Shown: positions 9,701 through 21,010 of the stretch, one piece after another
Layout: each line of letters begins with the position of its first letter
How positions within the stretch are numbered: position 1 is the stretch's first letter
Assembly: GCA_000165345.1 (NCBI GenBank)
Contig: CM000432.1
Span: 416,001 to 480,000, forward strand
Direction: 5' to 3'
DNA length: 64,000 bases
The notes under the pieces: generated by a model
Seen by the model: the letters and a program-made list of their open reading frames with translations, nothing else
The model's database searches: none
Told to the model about the DNA's origin: nothing
Translations under genes and position numbers: made by a program

Positions 9701-11415
9701 ACATGGTTTGGTTCCAAATCTTCAAATCCAAAAATATCCAAAATACCTATTGAATTATTTTGGTCTGATTTATTCATAGAATTTTCACTATTTTCGAATA
9801 TATTCTGTTTTAACGCTATATTTATTAACTCTACGATTAAATTAAAAATCCATTCATAGAGATATCTGGAGATACTATCTCTAGTATATATTGCCTCTGA
9901 ATACGATAGCCTTTTCTTAATTTTCACGATACTTTTTGTAGTTAATAATTCGATCAATTCTTCATTGCTCATTTTACTAAAATCTGAATCAGAATCAAAG
10001 TTGTAATTCCATATTTGTACGATTTGGTTTATTATTGATATTGACTCTTGAGTAAGCTCACATTCATCTTCATCTTTATTTTCAACAGGATTAAACTCAA
10101 TATTTCCTAACAATAAGATTGTGTATATCATATCGTATATCAAATCTCTATTATCCTCCGAAACCCCAATTGATTGAAAGCAATCATTAATTATTTTAAT
10201 ATTATATGGAACAGATTTCACAATTTCTCTCAAATTTTCACTTTTTAATGAGTTTTTACCGATACTTTGTCTAAAACTTTTTGAATCCACAGTCTTCAAA
10301 TAATTAAATTCTAGAGAAGAGTTATCACACGTTATTCCCCACCTAGTTTTCTGCGTTTCGTTTATTTCATTTAAAATATGATAGAAAATATGATAATTCC
10401 TTTCATTATTTGGAAGGTGTACTACTCTTGATTTTGCAAGCAAGTAAGTATTTATGGATGCATTAATTATTTTCCCGTTTTCATCAAATCCAAGTTTCAT
10501 ATACTTTCCAAATCGTGATGAATTATCGTTTCGAATTGTTCTTGAATTCCCAAATACTTCTAACAACGGATTTGAAGAAAGAAGACAGTTTTCAATAGTT
10601 GATAAATGAAGTCCCTCCACTTTATCAACAATATTATTAGTAGCATTTTTCATTCTTTGTCTATTGCTTACATAACTCAAATATTTCAATACATGCTTTG
10701 AAGTTTCAGTTTTTCCTGCTCCACTCTCTCCTGAAATTATTATTGATTGAGATCTATTATCCTTGAGCATTCTCCTATACGTCCATTCTGCTATTGCAAA
10801 TGGGTGAGGTTCCATATTCATTATATTCTTTCCTATGAATTCTTGTGCAGTTTCATCGTTATAAATATCATACTCCTTATATGGATTTACTGCAATCAAA
10901 ATTCCTCCTGCAAAACTGTACATTGGATACTTCGGAAAATCGTCACCACTTCTAATTCCACTCAATTTCATTTTTTCTTCACTATTGTTTTCTGTTACAT
11001 TATTACTACCTTTTAACATATCATAACAAACTTGAATATTTCTTATCACATTACCGATATTTAGATTTCTCAGCTGTGAATTATCCTTATAACCAAATCC
11101 ATCATCTGCCTTATATACAAATTCCTTATCTACATAAAAATTAATTTTAGCATCTTCTATTTCATCTCTAAATTCACCAATATATTCACATAAATATATT
11201 TTCTGTTTGGAATCGTAAGAAATTACGCATGCAAATAGAAATGCATCCAAATTAGATTCAACATTTTCAATTTCAGATTCAAATTTATTTAAACCTTCCA
11301 AGAAAGCCTTTGCTTTTTTTTCAGCCAATTTATTTGATAACTCTATTGTATGTGGATTTGCTCTGGAATATATCCAAACTTTATTCCCTTTACTTATTTC
11401 ATTGTAATTTTCCAT
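6712..11415 (-). CDS. Unconventional myosin heavy chain (1567 aa). Motor domain followed by an ER/K-rich single-alpha-helix or coiled-coil region and a tail
   Basis: P-loop GESGAGKTE, switch II LDIFGFE and the wider head architecture are present. An IQ-like segment (IQICKALRRYVCIKR) is followed by (IEREERER)n repeats. Confidence 0.9.
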   Translation of the reverse strand: MENYNEISKGNKVWIYSRANPHTIELSNKLAEKKAKAFLEGLNKFESEIENVESNLDAFLFACVISYDSKQKIYLCEYIGEFRDEIEDAKINFYVDKEFVYKADDGFGYKDNSQLRNLNIGNVIRNIQVCYDMLKGSNNVTENNSEEKMKLSGIRSGDDFPKYPMYSFAGGILIAVNPYKEYDIYNDETAQEFIGKNIMNMEPHPFAIAEWTYRRMLKDNRSQSIIISGESGAGKTETSKHVLKYLSYVSNRQRMKNATNNIVDKVEGLHLSTIENCLLSSNPLLEVFGNSRTIRNDNSSRFGKYMKLGFDENGKIINASINTYLLAKSRVVHLPNNERNYHIFYHILNEINETQKTRWGITCDNSSLEFNYLKTVDSKSFRQSIGKNSLKSENLREIVKSVPYNIKIINDCFQSIGVSEDNRDLIYDMIYTILLLGNIEFNPVENKDEDECELTQESISIINQIVQIWNYNFDSDSDFSKMSNEELIELLTTKSIVKIKKRLSYSEAIYTRDSISRYLYEWIFNLIVELINIALKQNIFENSENSMNKSDQNNSIGILDIFGFEDLEPNHVNSFEQLLINYCNERLHSFFLEQLLYRDTVLYKTEGINNSISTTPSANVMDLLFHQSFVCTVMSGVNPKYLNNTEIDGNESRSDGNSCTPHPFYEKFQYNNSMLSLLPYNIISILDETGKIPMKGNRDHAFCNKVHSLNKLQSNSNIRMSINRGSICNNKDEMNTNNLLPQLNDLSDSIGRVIQIQKLNLEKTFTINHFAGPVKYTSNEFISKNTDFLSGNIEKIIHTRINTIQEINKFKYNLLNRVNKDERSVQFKDDENINQNNAIFNDDSPMSDTSLVRKSILSLNGISNFVEKNNLQMNALTTLINQNTNQVPTPMNTNKNKSVSSMFVRQVQNMLINELYPTQSHFIRCIKPNNQQISLKFDSLKVYKQLQIGGILQILNIMIYGYPCRVPYSQIYNYFKQIIEINTELGDQESMNDLTLNDKNNILFKAKLLLRDERLFVSLLLEYMGYKDKIDYQLGLTRVFFKFNVLDKVEQFIQKCDQENSMDWKIECINSLYKHWLRKKCNNYLVMIRCSIKFFSLYRHIKRKNACIQICKALRRYVCIKREERERIEREERERIEREERERIEREEKERIERERIEREERERIEREEKERIERERIEREEKERIEREERERIERERIEREERERIEKEENERIERERIERERIERERIEREEKEKIERERIERKEKERIEREERERIEREERERIEKEENERIERERIERERIERERIEREEKEKIERERIERKEKERIEREERERVEREEKEKSKNEIISKNSSERKAKRSRNEFTEDIENDTLYLNDHLKMNNRKKAKANTLITQLDEPMELEETGASISNYEGGILSNNDEKDDETDQNNSPLLCTSTMRGQRKRYSIYYMSGNNVDSKEIEGIKSLQDELVEAEFIDDVLKEDNIVINSDDLIKLENANNNNENEMNNNIKTGIKRPTVFIPNLAINIKQNNHLDSDIKANALNANLQNSETIDSNSKKISLKDVQENFRNNIMKQRKQQY
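7380..8066. repeat. Coding TC-rich tandem repeat array encoding the ER/K heptad-like repeats of the myosin. It includes a perfect 180-bp tandem duplication (7462..7644 equals 7642..7824)
   Basis: Direct comparison of the sequence lines shows 7471-7650 and 7651-7830 identical except at the far ends. The protein carries a duplicated 60-aa block (RIEKEENERIERERIERERIERERIEREEKEKIERERIERKEKERIEREERER). Confidence 0.85.
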
Positions 11416-11938
11416 TATATAGTTATTAATTCTAGAATATCTCTACAATAATACTATATATTATATATATTATATATAATATATATGATTTGTTTAATAT
11501 TTTTTGTTAAGTTTTGCTACGTTCTTCTTTATGCCACATAAAAGTACTAATTTTTGCTTATTTTTGACTAAAAATGACTTGCAGAAAGAAATTTGGATTA
11601 CTTGTAAAATATTATACTTTTCTTTATAAAATATTTATTTCCTTTTATATTTTCCTTCTTTGGTAGTTTTTTTGTTAATTTTTTTATTTGCTTGTCAAAA
11701 AATTTATAATATAAACATGCTTTCACACGTAGGTAACTTGTGGGGTGGCGGGCTTTTCATCAGCCTATTTCTTATATAGATTTAATTCTATTTGTGCTTT
11801 ATTTAGCATTAATGTTAAAGATTATAAAAAATGTTCGACTAGAATAAAGATTAATTTTGTGTATTTATTCTTATTAAAAGTATAATAATTGTTAAACTAT
11901 AATATCTACTTTTCCTAGAATTTACAAATATTGAATAA

Positions 11939-14082
11939 TTATCTACGGTCGGTTTTACCCATACCACGTTTTCCTGAAAATAGATGCATCGGCATTTTAG
12001 TTGGAATACTTCTATCAGCTTCTCCTCTTCTAGCAAGCTTTCCAAGTTTAGACTGAGACTTTCTACGTAATTTCTCGGCTTTTTCTTGCTGTTTACCAGG
12101 TTTAAGTGAAGCATCAATACGATTGGGAGCAGGACTGTGGCCTCTAGGTAATCTTTTCCTCTTTAATAATTCTCTGTTTGCATTTTCATCATTAACCAAC
12201 ATTTCAATATCTTCATTACCCGTAATACTTCTTGATCTTTTACTTCTTAATAAAGAAATTTGATCAGAAACATCATTTACTGCCCTTCTTGTCAAAGACC
12301 TTCCTCTTTCTCTCTTATTCTCCTCTTTTCTTGCAAGACTTCTACCTCTTTCATAAAGCTTAGATACATCATAACCTAACCCATCAAGTTGATTTGTTAG
12401 TTTTGTTAATTCACCAGCAGATGCCTGTCTAGCTCTTCCTCTAGGTAATATAGGCGCATTTCTTGCCTTATTGTCCATATTTTCTCTCCTCTTAAGATTA
12501 ATCTTATTGTGTATGTTTTTAAGAGCTGTTTGCGTTTGCTCCCATAGCTTTTCATCAAACTCTTGCGATGGATCATTCATTAGTAATATCTCCTCCTCCT
12601 TTTCAAGTTCCTTCAATTTTTCTTCAATATCAGGATCGATAAAGTCAATAATATTTTTGCCATCCATAATTTCTGGAACCAAATCATATTTCCAATCATC
12701 ATCCTTAAGAATATACTTCCTATTCCAATCCATTTGATACACACCAGCACCACCCATTTCCTCTTCAAGCTCCTTTTCTAGTGGTCCGGATTTTGTTCTT
12801 GATTTAATTTCCTGAGATCTCTCTTGTATTACAGAATCAGGTATGCAAGGTGGCCTGTCTTTATTTAAAGGCGTTTCTGCAATATGGAGCCTTCTTGAAA
12901 TTGCATCAACTCTTTTAGTTTGTACTTTAATTTCTATTCTTTTTTGAAGAAGCTCATTACATGCTCTATTTTTTGCTTCTTCAACTCCAACTTTTTGCAT
13001 TGTTGACATAGTTAAGAAATCAACTACTTCAATCTTTCCTCCATTTTCATTAGATTCTCCTTCTAATCCTGTCTTAAGCTCTTCAATCATCTTCTTTTCT
13101 TCTGGTGATAGATCATCTACTGAACGAGAATCAATCTTGTTTAATATAATAAATACTGGTTTATTTCTAAATAAAGTTTTGATAGAATGGAAAAGTTTAG
13201 TTTGTTTCTCAATACTATAGCCACATTCTTCTGAAATATCGACAAAATATAAAATGCATGAATGAATATGTGCTAATGCTGTGATGGCTGTCATTTCTAT
13301 TGTATTCCTTTCATCTAATGGACGATCTAAAATACCAGGAGTATCAATTACTTGCCATCTAGCATAGTTGTAATCAAAGTGACCAACATATAAAGATTTT
13401 GTAGTAAATGCATATGGCTCAACTTCAACATTAGCATGAGAAACACAATTGATAAAACTACTCTTACCAACATTTGGATAACCACATACTATTAATGTTC
13501 TTGTTGTTGGATTAATACTTGGAAGACGTCCAATATGTTGCCTAACTTCTTCTAAGTACTCCAAAGGCGCCTGTAACTTCTTTAAACAAGTACACATTCT
13601 ACCTAATGCAGCTCTTTTTAACATTTTACATTTATATGGACTGTCTGCATATTTTAATAATCTCACATAATCTTTTGCCAAAGAATCAATAATATTCTTC
13701 GATCCAGAAATATGGCCTAATGCAAGCTTATAATGATCCCTATCATATAATACATTACATAGATCTGAATAAAATGGATGTATCTCATCTAATCTTGGAA
13801 ATTGCGTCAATATCATGCCTAATCTATCATGTATAGCTTGCTGGCAAAATTTTACTTTTCTCATATAAAATGATCTTATTCTACTAATTTGAAATTGCGG
13901 ATGTACTTGAGTCGGAGTCTTTCTTTGAGTCTTAGATAATACAATATCTATTAAGTCCTTGCTATTTGGTATAATAGTAATATCCTAATAATAAACAAAG
14001 ATATATTAATAAAGTTCATGCAGATTAATAATTTAGATTTTCAACTTACCTTAAATCTATGTCCTAAACTTGTTGAACTCAT
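11939..14082 (-). CDS. NOG1: Nucleolar GTP-binding protein 1 (NOG1/GTPBP4). Two exons (14050..14082 and 11939..13984) with a 65-nt intron (13985..14049, GTAAGT...TATTAG)
   Basis: Exon 1 encodes MSSTSLGHRFK and exon 2 encodes [46 protein letters not shown]... This reproduces the human GTPBP4 N-terminus ([48 protein letters not shown]). The G domain GYPNVGKSSFIN...DTPGILD, the conserved C-terminal GKLARRGEADR and the remainder all align. The ORF track begins at internal Met 13864. Confidence 0.9.
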
Positions 14083-14699
14083 TTTGATACTTTTTTCTCT
14101 TCTTCAATATTCTTTTTTATTAATATTAATTTTTAAAACCTGTTAATTTCCACTTAATGTAAATGCTTGATATTTCTTTTTTCCAAAAATTGAGATATAT
14201 TGTTATTCTATTTGTTTCTTAAAGTCTAGGTTATTGTCTTTTAATCAAAAAAAAGAATATTTTTAATCAATTCATTAACCTAGTCTTTTCCTGACAATTT
14301 TTGAAAATTGAAAGTTTATTTATTGGCTCCATATAATTTATTACTTATTAGACTATTAATTAACTATCTCTCTATTTTTGACACTTTTAATTATTTAAAT
14401 TATTATACAGTTAGCTTTGACTTTAAAATCATTATAATATATACATTTATATACACTTTTTTTAATTAAACTTGAATTAATACCAGTATACTATTTTTAT
14501 TATTAGCCGCTAAAACTTTAGGCGGCATCTTTGGTCAATATTTATTTTGCCACTAAAAATTTTGAATAAAAAAAATTACATGTAAAGTAATATTAATAAT
14601 AAATAATAAAATTATTAATATTATAACTTCCATTCCAATATATAATAAGTCAATTTTATTGCTCTATATTTATATATTGATAATACTAAGATAGAGGTG

Positions 14700-17600
14700 A
14701 TGAAAGATAATATTAAATTTTACCAGTTTATTATACCAAAAAAGGATTCTAATTTATTAAAGTTTTTAAATGATGTTGAAATAATATACAAAGATGATGA
14801 AGCAGTTTTGTGCATTAAAAACAATAAATTCTCATTAGGTTCAAATAACGATGGAGTCACTTTTAATTCAATTATTAATTATCTCCAGGAAGATTTACTA
14901 GGAATATTTAAATTCGATTCAAATAATGAGAAAGATCATTATTCTGAAGCTGGAATTCCATTAGGCTTATACTATATGCTATCTATATCATATTTATGGT
15001 CCAAAATTATTCATATTCCTGAAAAAAAAATGTTTCTTGGCTTAATTTTAAGAAATATTGAAATTTTGAATCAATTCTTGATAAATAACACTGAAAAATC
15101 TCACATAAATAATTTATTTAATATGATGATTTTTTGTATTACAAATATTGTAATACAAGAATTTGATATTCTTGAATCTTTGATTAATGAAGATAAAAAA
15201 AAACTTGAAAGTAAATATTATAATACTAAGAATATGAAAAACACTAAATCAAGAAAAAGAAAGAATTCAAAATTTAACTATGAAATTGATGAAGATGATG
15301 ATTCTTTTAGTGAATCTGAAACAGAGTTTGATAATAATGACTCTTTTGATAAGGATCAAGTAGAGAACACTGATTTTGAAATTAATTTCAACGTTGAAAA
15401 TATTCAAAGTAGTAAACTGCTCAAAGATTCGTCCATTCTTGAAATTTCATTTCTATTAGTAAAATATTTAATCAAACTTTCCAAAAATTATATAAATATT
15501 AATTTTTCCACAATTGGTCTCTCTGAATGGTCATTAATACTATCTCTTAGAATTATTAATCTTTTGAAAAAACTAGTCGCTGAATATGAAATTGAAGCCT
15601 TCAATAACAAAAGTAAAATCAATCTTGTTAAATGGGAAAATTTGTCTGAAAATCTATTAATAAATATATTAAAATCCATTATTATTACGAAAAAATGTAA
15701 AGAAACGGATGAAGATGAAAATTTAAATAGTTGTTTATTTGACATTATTACGAATTGTTTTATAAATGGCTCAATTGACTTAATATCCAATGTAAATAAT
15801 GGCAACAACCCAAATAATCGAAATAATATTATTGTTAAAGATTTTCCAAGTTTTATAACAACAATTACAATACAAATTAGTGAAGAATTATCTAATAGTC
15901 TGTTTGTATATATCCTTGAAAATCTTGGAATCTATTGGATTAAAATGGATAAAATTGAAGATATAGGTGAAGATGATAACATTATTGTATATATAAGTTC
16001 GTATGTAGAGTCTATTTCAGTTAATAATCCAAACACTATTTTGAACAACATTTCATTAATCAGAAGAATTCTCAAAGTAATGATTTCCTATAAACTTAGA
16101 TCATGCTTTATTTCAAGTATTGCAAATTCATTCATTGAAATGAAAAATAAAAATTCAATTGAATCATGTTATAATTTAAATACAAGCCAAAATATTGATG
16201 ATAATAATAATTCTATTGATTATACTTTAGAAAACAGATCACAAATTATTGAATATATTGATTTATTGCTTGAAAGAATTTATGACAAACACCACAACTG
16301 TCGAACGAGATCTATTCAGTCTATACAAAGGTTATTTGTTAATGATATTATTCCATATAGCTTTTTTATAACTATTCTTAAAGAAATAAAAATGAGAACT
16401 TTAGATGAATCTTCCCATACTAGATCTTCATCATTCAACTTATTAAGAACAATGATTAGAAAAGCTACGGAAAATTATTATCATCTACCATTGAATCATG
16501 AACAAATTTCCTGTCTATTAAATAACATCAATAATGAATTAAATCATTTTAATAAAAATACCATTGATGATTTAAATAATACAATTATTAAATCAAATAA
16601 AAATAATGAAGAAACTCAATCACAAGAATTAATTGATCAAAATTTCTCAAAGAAGAAAGAGTCTGAATATGAATTAATGAAAATATTATTATTGGATGCA
16701 AAAGAAGTTTCTTTAATTGTGGAAAATATTTTGGATCAAGTCTGTAATAATGGAATTTATTCAAAGATTAATTCTGATGTTTCATCATGCATTCTTTTTA
16801 TTTGTGAAGCCGTTTCTCTAAATATAAAAAAAGGTCAAACATTTCTTTCAAACGTATTAAAATGTATTTGGAGGGTTAATAATGTAAATATTTTAAACTC
16901 AGTTGTACATGGATTCTTCATTATAATGTTTAATAATGTCTCCAATTTTTCAAATCCTGATAATCAGGAAAATTATATTCAAAATGAATTAGAGAATGAA
17001 GATCAAAATTTAAAGCTCCAATTTAATGAAAAAATAGTAATAAATCAAATTGCAGTTAAAAATCTTCTTAAAGTGGTTGAATTATTTAGTGAAGATGATA
17101 TGATGAATTTTTCAAAGTTATTGGAGCATTTAACCTCAAAAAATACACAAATATCTAAAAAATATACTCAGAATTTTGATTTATCTTTGCTGAAAAACTA
17201 TACTATAAATGAAATTTCTTTAATCATAAATAATCTATCAAATTTAAGTATTGAAACAGAAAAGAACTTAAAATCATTACTTGAATTACTTTTGGTAATT
17301 ATGAAAGTTGAATCTTTGAATAGTAATCAAATGATTGAAATCGATAACAAGAAAGATTCAAATTTTGAAATTATTTATCAACTATTTTTGGATTCTGCAT
17401 CAAATAAGAACTATTCAATTTTTGATTATTCAATTGAATGCTTGAATTTAATTAAAATAAATAATCAAGATTATATAAATGAGATTTTATTAACTTATAT
17501 AGCAATTTTATCAAATTTTGACTACAGACTAATAAATAATTCTCTTTTCATTAATATTATTAATTCAGTATTTAATTTAATAGCAAATCCATCAAATATT

Positions 17601-19100
17601 AAATTTTTGTATATTAAAGAAAATAAATCAAAAGTTTTATATATCGACTTTTTTATTAATAAACTATTTGGCTATTTTCATAAAAGACTTATAAATTCAA
17701 AAGAATTAAGTATTGTTGAATTATCTCAAATAACCAACTTATTGAGTCATATTGTATTGAAATATGGAAATTTTGTTGAGAATTTATATAATAAATGGAA
17801 ATATTTACATTCAGTCAGTCAAAAAAACGCTTCAGAAAAAACTAAATTACTTAAAGAAAAGAATAATGAATGCGGAATAATTAATTTAGAAGAGGAGTAT
17901 TTTGAATATATTCAAATGATATTAGAAAATCAACTTCTTTCTAATGATAGCATTTTTTATTTTATTGTACCAATCATTAATTTACTATCAAGAGATCCAA
18001 GTTTAATCACAGATTTTAGTAGTATTAAAAATGGTGAGAGTGATCTTCAGTGGCAACTTGATTACTCCAGAAATTGTGCATTGATTTCATTATGTAAATT
18101 AACTTCATTAACAACCAAATTATTAAATATTAATGAAAAGACGACAATGAATGATATTTCTGGCCAGAACTTTAATATAAATTCAAAATTATCAAATTTA
18201 TTTGAAATGCCAAACATACAATTAATATTTTCTTTTCTTTATAACCCATCTTCATTTAATTTTATTAGTAAAGGTCAAATGGATGATATAATGCTAAATA
18301 TAATACTTTGTACAAATGACTTGTTAATAAGGTATCCAAATATTATTGATCCATGGATGGAAAAACAGTATTCTCTTTTGAACTTGGAAGATAATTCTAA
18401 TAATACAGAAATTAACAGTTTAAAATATAATATTATGTTGATTATTAATTACTTATTGAATATAGGCTTCATAAAGCCAAAAGATATATTATTGTTGAGT
18501 TATCTCAAATGCATTAACAAAAAATCAGAATTCAGTTCTGAGCTTTCCAGTCTTGCAAACTCATTCTTTCAAGAATTTTTCAAGGATTTGAATAATCAAC
18601 TTGCCGTAAATATTATTTCACTATTAATTAACCAGCTGGCACTGGAATATTCTAATAATTATACTGATAAGACGAAAACTCAAACAATTATTCACCAAAC
18701 TCACTACTTGCTTCATTTTATTAATAATAAAGATATTGTTTGTTCTGGGCTAATTCCTAAATTTTTTTCCAGAATTTCTCTACTTAATGATCCAAAAGCC
18801 ATTGAATTGTACGTTATTGCACTTGAGTCACTAAAACTAGGCTCAAAAACTAGGTGTATTAGCAGGATTATTGAAAATTTGAATTTGATTACCTTCCATA
18901 TTCAAGAATTTGATTTTTTAAAGCAATATTTTGCAAAAATTCTTCAAAATCATATAAATTCTAGTCAATGCGATACTAATTCTGAATTACTTTCATTATT
19001 GAATGAGGAAAATTTGGCAAATTCTAAAACTAATTCAAACCATATTAATGAGGGAACAAATCAACTAAGTTCTAATGCTGAAAATAAACCAAAAAACTGA
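14700..19100 (+). CDS. Large hypothetical protein of about 1466 aa, Leu/Ile/Asn-rich and probably all-helical with HEAT/ARM-like repeats
   Basis: Uninterrupted ORF. The track start at 14697 is a GTG and the first ATG is at 14700. There is no catalytic motif and I cannot assign a family. Confidence 0.7.
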   Translation: MKDNIKFYQFIIPKKDSNLLKFLNDVEIIYKDDEAVLCIKNNKFSLGSNNDGVTFNSIINYLQEDLLGIFKFDSNNEKDHYSEAGIPLGLYYMLSISYLWSKIIHIPEKKMFLGLILRNIEILNQFLINNTEKSHINNLFNMMIFCITNIVIQEFDILESLINEDKKKLESKYYNTKNMKNTKSRKRKNSKFNYEIDEDDDSFSESETEFDNNDSFDKDQVENTDFEINFNVENIQSSKLLKDSSILEISFLLVKYLIKLSKNYININFSTIGLSEWSLILSLRIINLLKKLVAEYEIEAFNNKSKINLVKWENLSENLLINILKSIIITKKCKETDEDENLNSCLFDIITNCFINGSIDLISNVNNGNNPNNRNNIIVKDFPSFITTITIQISEELSNSLFVYILENLGIYWIKMDKIEDIGEDDNIIVYISSYVESISVNNPNTILNNISLIRRILKVMISYKLRSCFISSIANSFIEMKNKNSIESCYNLNTSQNIDDNNNSIDYTLENRSQIIEYIDLLLERIYDKHHNCRTRSIQSIQRLFVNDIIPYSFFITILKEIKMRTLDESSHTRSSSFNLLRTMIRKATENYYHLPLNHEQISCLLNNINNELNHFNKNTIDDLNNTIIKSNKNNEETQSQELIDQNFSKKKESEYELMKILLLDAKEVSLIVENILDQVCNNGIYSKINSDVSSCILFICEAVSLNIKKGQTFLSNVLKCIWRVNNVNILNSVVHGFFIIMFNNVSNFSNPDNQENYIQNELENEDQNLKLQFNEKIVINQIAVKNLLKVVELFSEDDMMNFSKLLEHLTSKNTQISKKYTQNFDLSLLKNYTINEISLIINNLSNLSIETEKNLKSLLELLLVIMKVESLNSNQMIEIDNKKDSNFEIIYQLFLDSASNKNYSIFDYSIECLNLIKINNQDYINEILLTYIAILSNFDYRLINNSLFINIINSVFNLIANPSNIKFLYIKENKSKVLYIDFFINKLFGYFHKRLINSKELSIVELSQITNLLSHIVLKYGNFVENLYNKWKYLHSVSQKNASEKTKLLKEKNNECGIINLEEEYFEYIQMILENQLLSNDSIFYFIVPIINLLSRDPSLITDFSSIKNGESDLQWQLDYSRNCALISLCKLTSLTTKLLNINEKTTMNDISGQNFNINSKLSNLFEMPNIQLIFSFLYNPSSFNFISKGQMDDIMLNIILCTNDLLIRYPNIIDPWMEKQYSLLNLEDNSNNTEINSLKYNIMLIINYLLNIGFIKPKDILLLSYLKCINKKSEFSSELSSLANSFFQEFFKDLNNQLAVNIISLLINQLALEYSNNYTDKTKTQTIIHQTHYLLHFINNKDIVCSGLIPKFFSRISLLNDPKAIELYVIALESLKLGSKTRCISRIIENLNLITFHIQEFDFLKQYFAKILQNHINSSQCDTNSELLSLLNEENLANSKTNSNHINEGTNQLSSNAENKPKN

Positions 19101-19731
19101 ATATTAATTTTTAAATTTAATTATATATTAATATATTCTGTAAACGCAAAGTTAATTTATAAAAATATTTTATTATTTTCTAAAGAAAATACTTTTCAAA
19201 ATTCTACTGCATGCATTTTTGCATTACGTGTAATTTGAATTGAAATTAATAAATGTTTACTTAAAAAATATATATTTACATATATATATATATAGAATAA
19301 ACTGAAAAAAATATAATTTTTTTAAAATTTTGTTAATTTATCTAATTTGTTCTAATCAAGTGATTTGAATGTAATGCAAATATTCATTAACAACTGACTT
19401 AAACGAAGTAAAAACTAATTATATAAGAATAACAATGACTTATCGAGTCAGTTATTTTTAACTTATTAATAAGTTATTTGGAATGACAGAATTATAATTT
19501 GTATATTAAAAAAATTTTTTTTTCCCAAATAGCAATTTTAATATTACAATTTAAACTAATAATTTCTTGACCGCTCAAAGAGGGTTTTTGACTAGAAAAT
19601 AAGCAGCTTTAATAACCATTGAAACTCTTTTCAAAAAATAAGAGTATATTAGTTTATTATTAAACCCTAAATTGCAGAATTTATTAATTAAATAAATTTA
19701 GCATATATTTGAATCTCAATAATTTGGGAAA

Positions 19732-20985
19732 ATGAACAATGAGGTGACATACAAAGTCAATACACCTTTCATAAATAAAATAAATTGTGATTACGTAAGC
19801 AATAATAGAAAAATAAGTAATGATTCAGACCAAATTATTGATAATTATGAAGATTCAGAATTAATAACAGACTCTGAAAGCTCAGATTTATCTTTGCCTA
19901 TTAATAATATAGGTAGAATGATGAAATTATCTATACCTGGCTCAGCCAAAATTTCTAGAGAGTCAAAGATGTTAATGCAACAAATTTCTAAGGATTTTAT
20001 TGGTTGTATTTCATCTCAAGCAGGAGTTATTTGTACGAGTAATAAACGGCGTGTATTAAATGGTGAAGACATTATTAATGCTTTATCTTCTTTTGGTTTT
20101 GGCGATTATACAGATACACTGATCAATTATTTGAATATTTGGAGGGATGTAAAGCAATCTAGAAACATAAAGTCATATAGTAATATCTATAGATCCAATA
20201 GCTCACAATTAAATTTTAATGAAAATTACCAAATTCCTACGGAAAATTCCAAACAATTTTATGGTGTTGATCAGAAATTTGAAAATAATTACGTTAATAA
20301 ATCTCTAATTGATGATCAAAAGCCTATAAATAATGAATATAATAAATATTTCATTCAAAACAATAGCCCAACAAATAATCAACAAATTACTTATACAAAT
20401 TTACCAAAATGTATGAATAATGCTGTATATGAATATGTTAATTTGAACATAGATAAGAATATTAATTCACAAAAATATCCAGAAAATACTATAGAAGATA
20501 CAAATGCTCACTATAGTACAAATAAAAGCCATTTTAATACATTATTATTATCACCTACAAGAAGTATCAATTTTCTAAATGAATCTTCTCCAGATACTCC
20601 AAAATCATCATTTCCACCTAATCAATGTGGTAAAAGAAAAAGAATTGAACAGGAAGAATCTAAAATAGAAAATGTTGCTGATAATATCGAACAGAATATA
20701 GACTTTAATGCAAAATATAACATGAATTATAATATAAAAAATTCAACAGATGTTGAATTAATTGAAAATAATGCATTTCAAGGAAATAAAAAATCAACCA
20801 TTAATTTTTCGAGAAATTGTAATAGCTTGGAGTATTCATATAATCAATATAAACAAGATGATATATTTTTAAATAAAAACGAAACTGCATTCGATTGTTA
20901 TTTTTCATCAGATTTATATATTCAAGAAGAAAGCGAAAATGACTCGGAATATAATGCATACCCAAGCGGATTATTTATTTCTTGA
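19732..20985 (+). CDS. Histone-fold transcription factor of the NF-YB / NC2beta (Dr1) type with a long Asn-rich C-terminal extension
   Basis: LPINNIGRMMKLSIPGSAKISRESKMLMQQISKDFIGCISSQAGVICTSNKRRVLNGEDIINALSSFGFGDYTDTLINYL matches the histone-fold consensus (LP.A...R.MK..LP...KI..DAKE..Q.C..EFI.F..SEA...C....RKTI..EDV..AL..LGF..Y). It is closer to NC2beta at the GFG-Y segment. Confidence 0.75.
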   Translation: MNNEVTYKVNTPFINKINCDYVSNNRKISNDSDQIIDNYEDSELITDSESSDLSLPINNIGRMMKLSIPGSAKISRESKMLMQQISKDFIGCISSQAGVICTSNKRRVLNGEDIINALSSFGFGDYTDTLINYLNIWRDVKQSRNIKSYSNIYRSNSSQLNFNENYQIPTENSKQFYGVDQKFENNYVNKSLIDDQKPINNEYNKYFIQNNSPTNNQQITYTNLPKCMNNAVYEYVNLNIDKNINSQKYPENTIEDTNAHYSTNKSHFNTLLLSPTRSINFLNESSPDTPKSSFPPNQCGKRKRIEQEESKIENVADNIEQNIDFNAKYNMNYNIKNSTDVELIENNAFQGNKKSTINFSRNCNSLEYSYNQYKQDDIFLNKNETAFDCYFSSDLYIQEESENDSEYNAYPSGLFIS

Positions 20986-21010
20986 AAAATAAAGTTATTA
21001 AATCAACAAT

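Noticed and set aside
11450-11490. A TA-rich quasi-palindromic simple repeat (atatattatatatattatatataatatatat) upstream of the myosin gene
   Set aside because: It is ordinary AT-rich promoter low-complexity. A TATA-like function cannot be separated from background composition.
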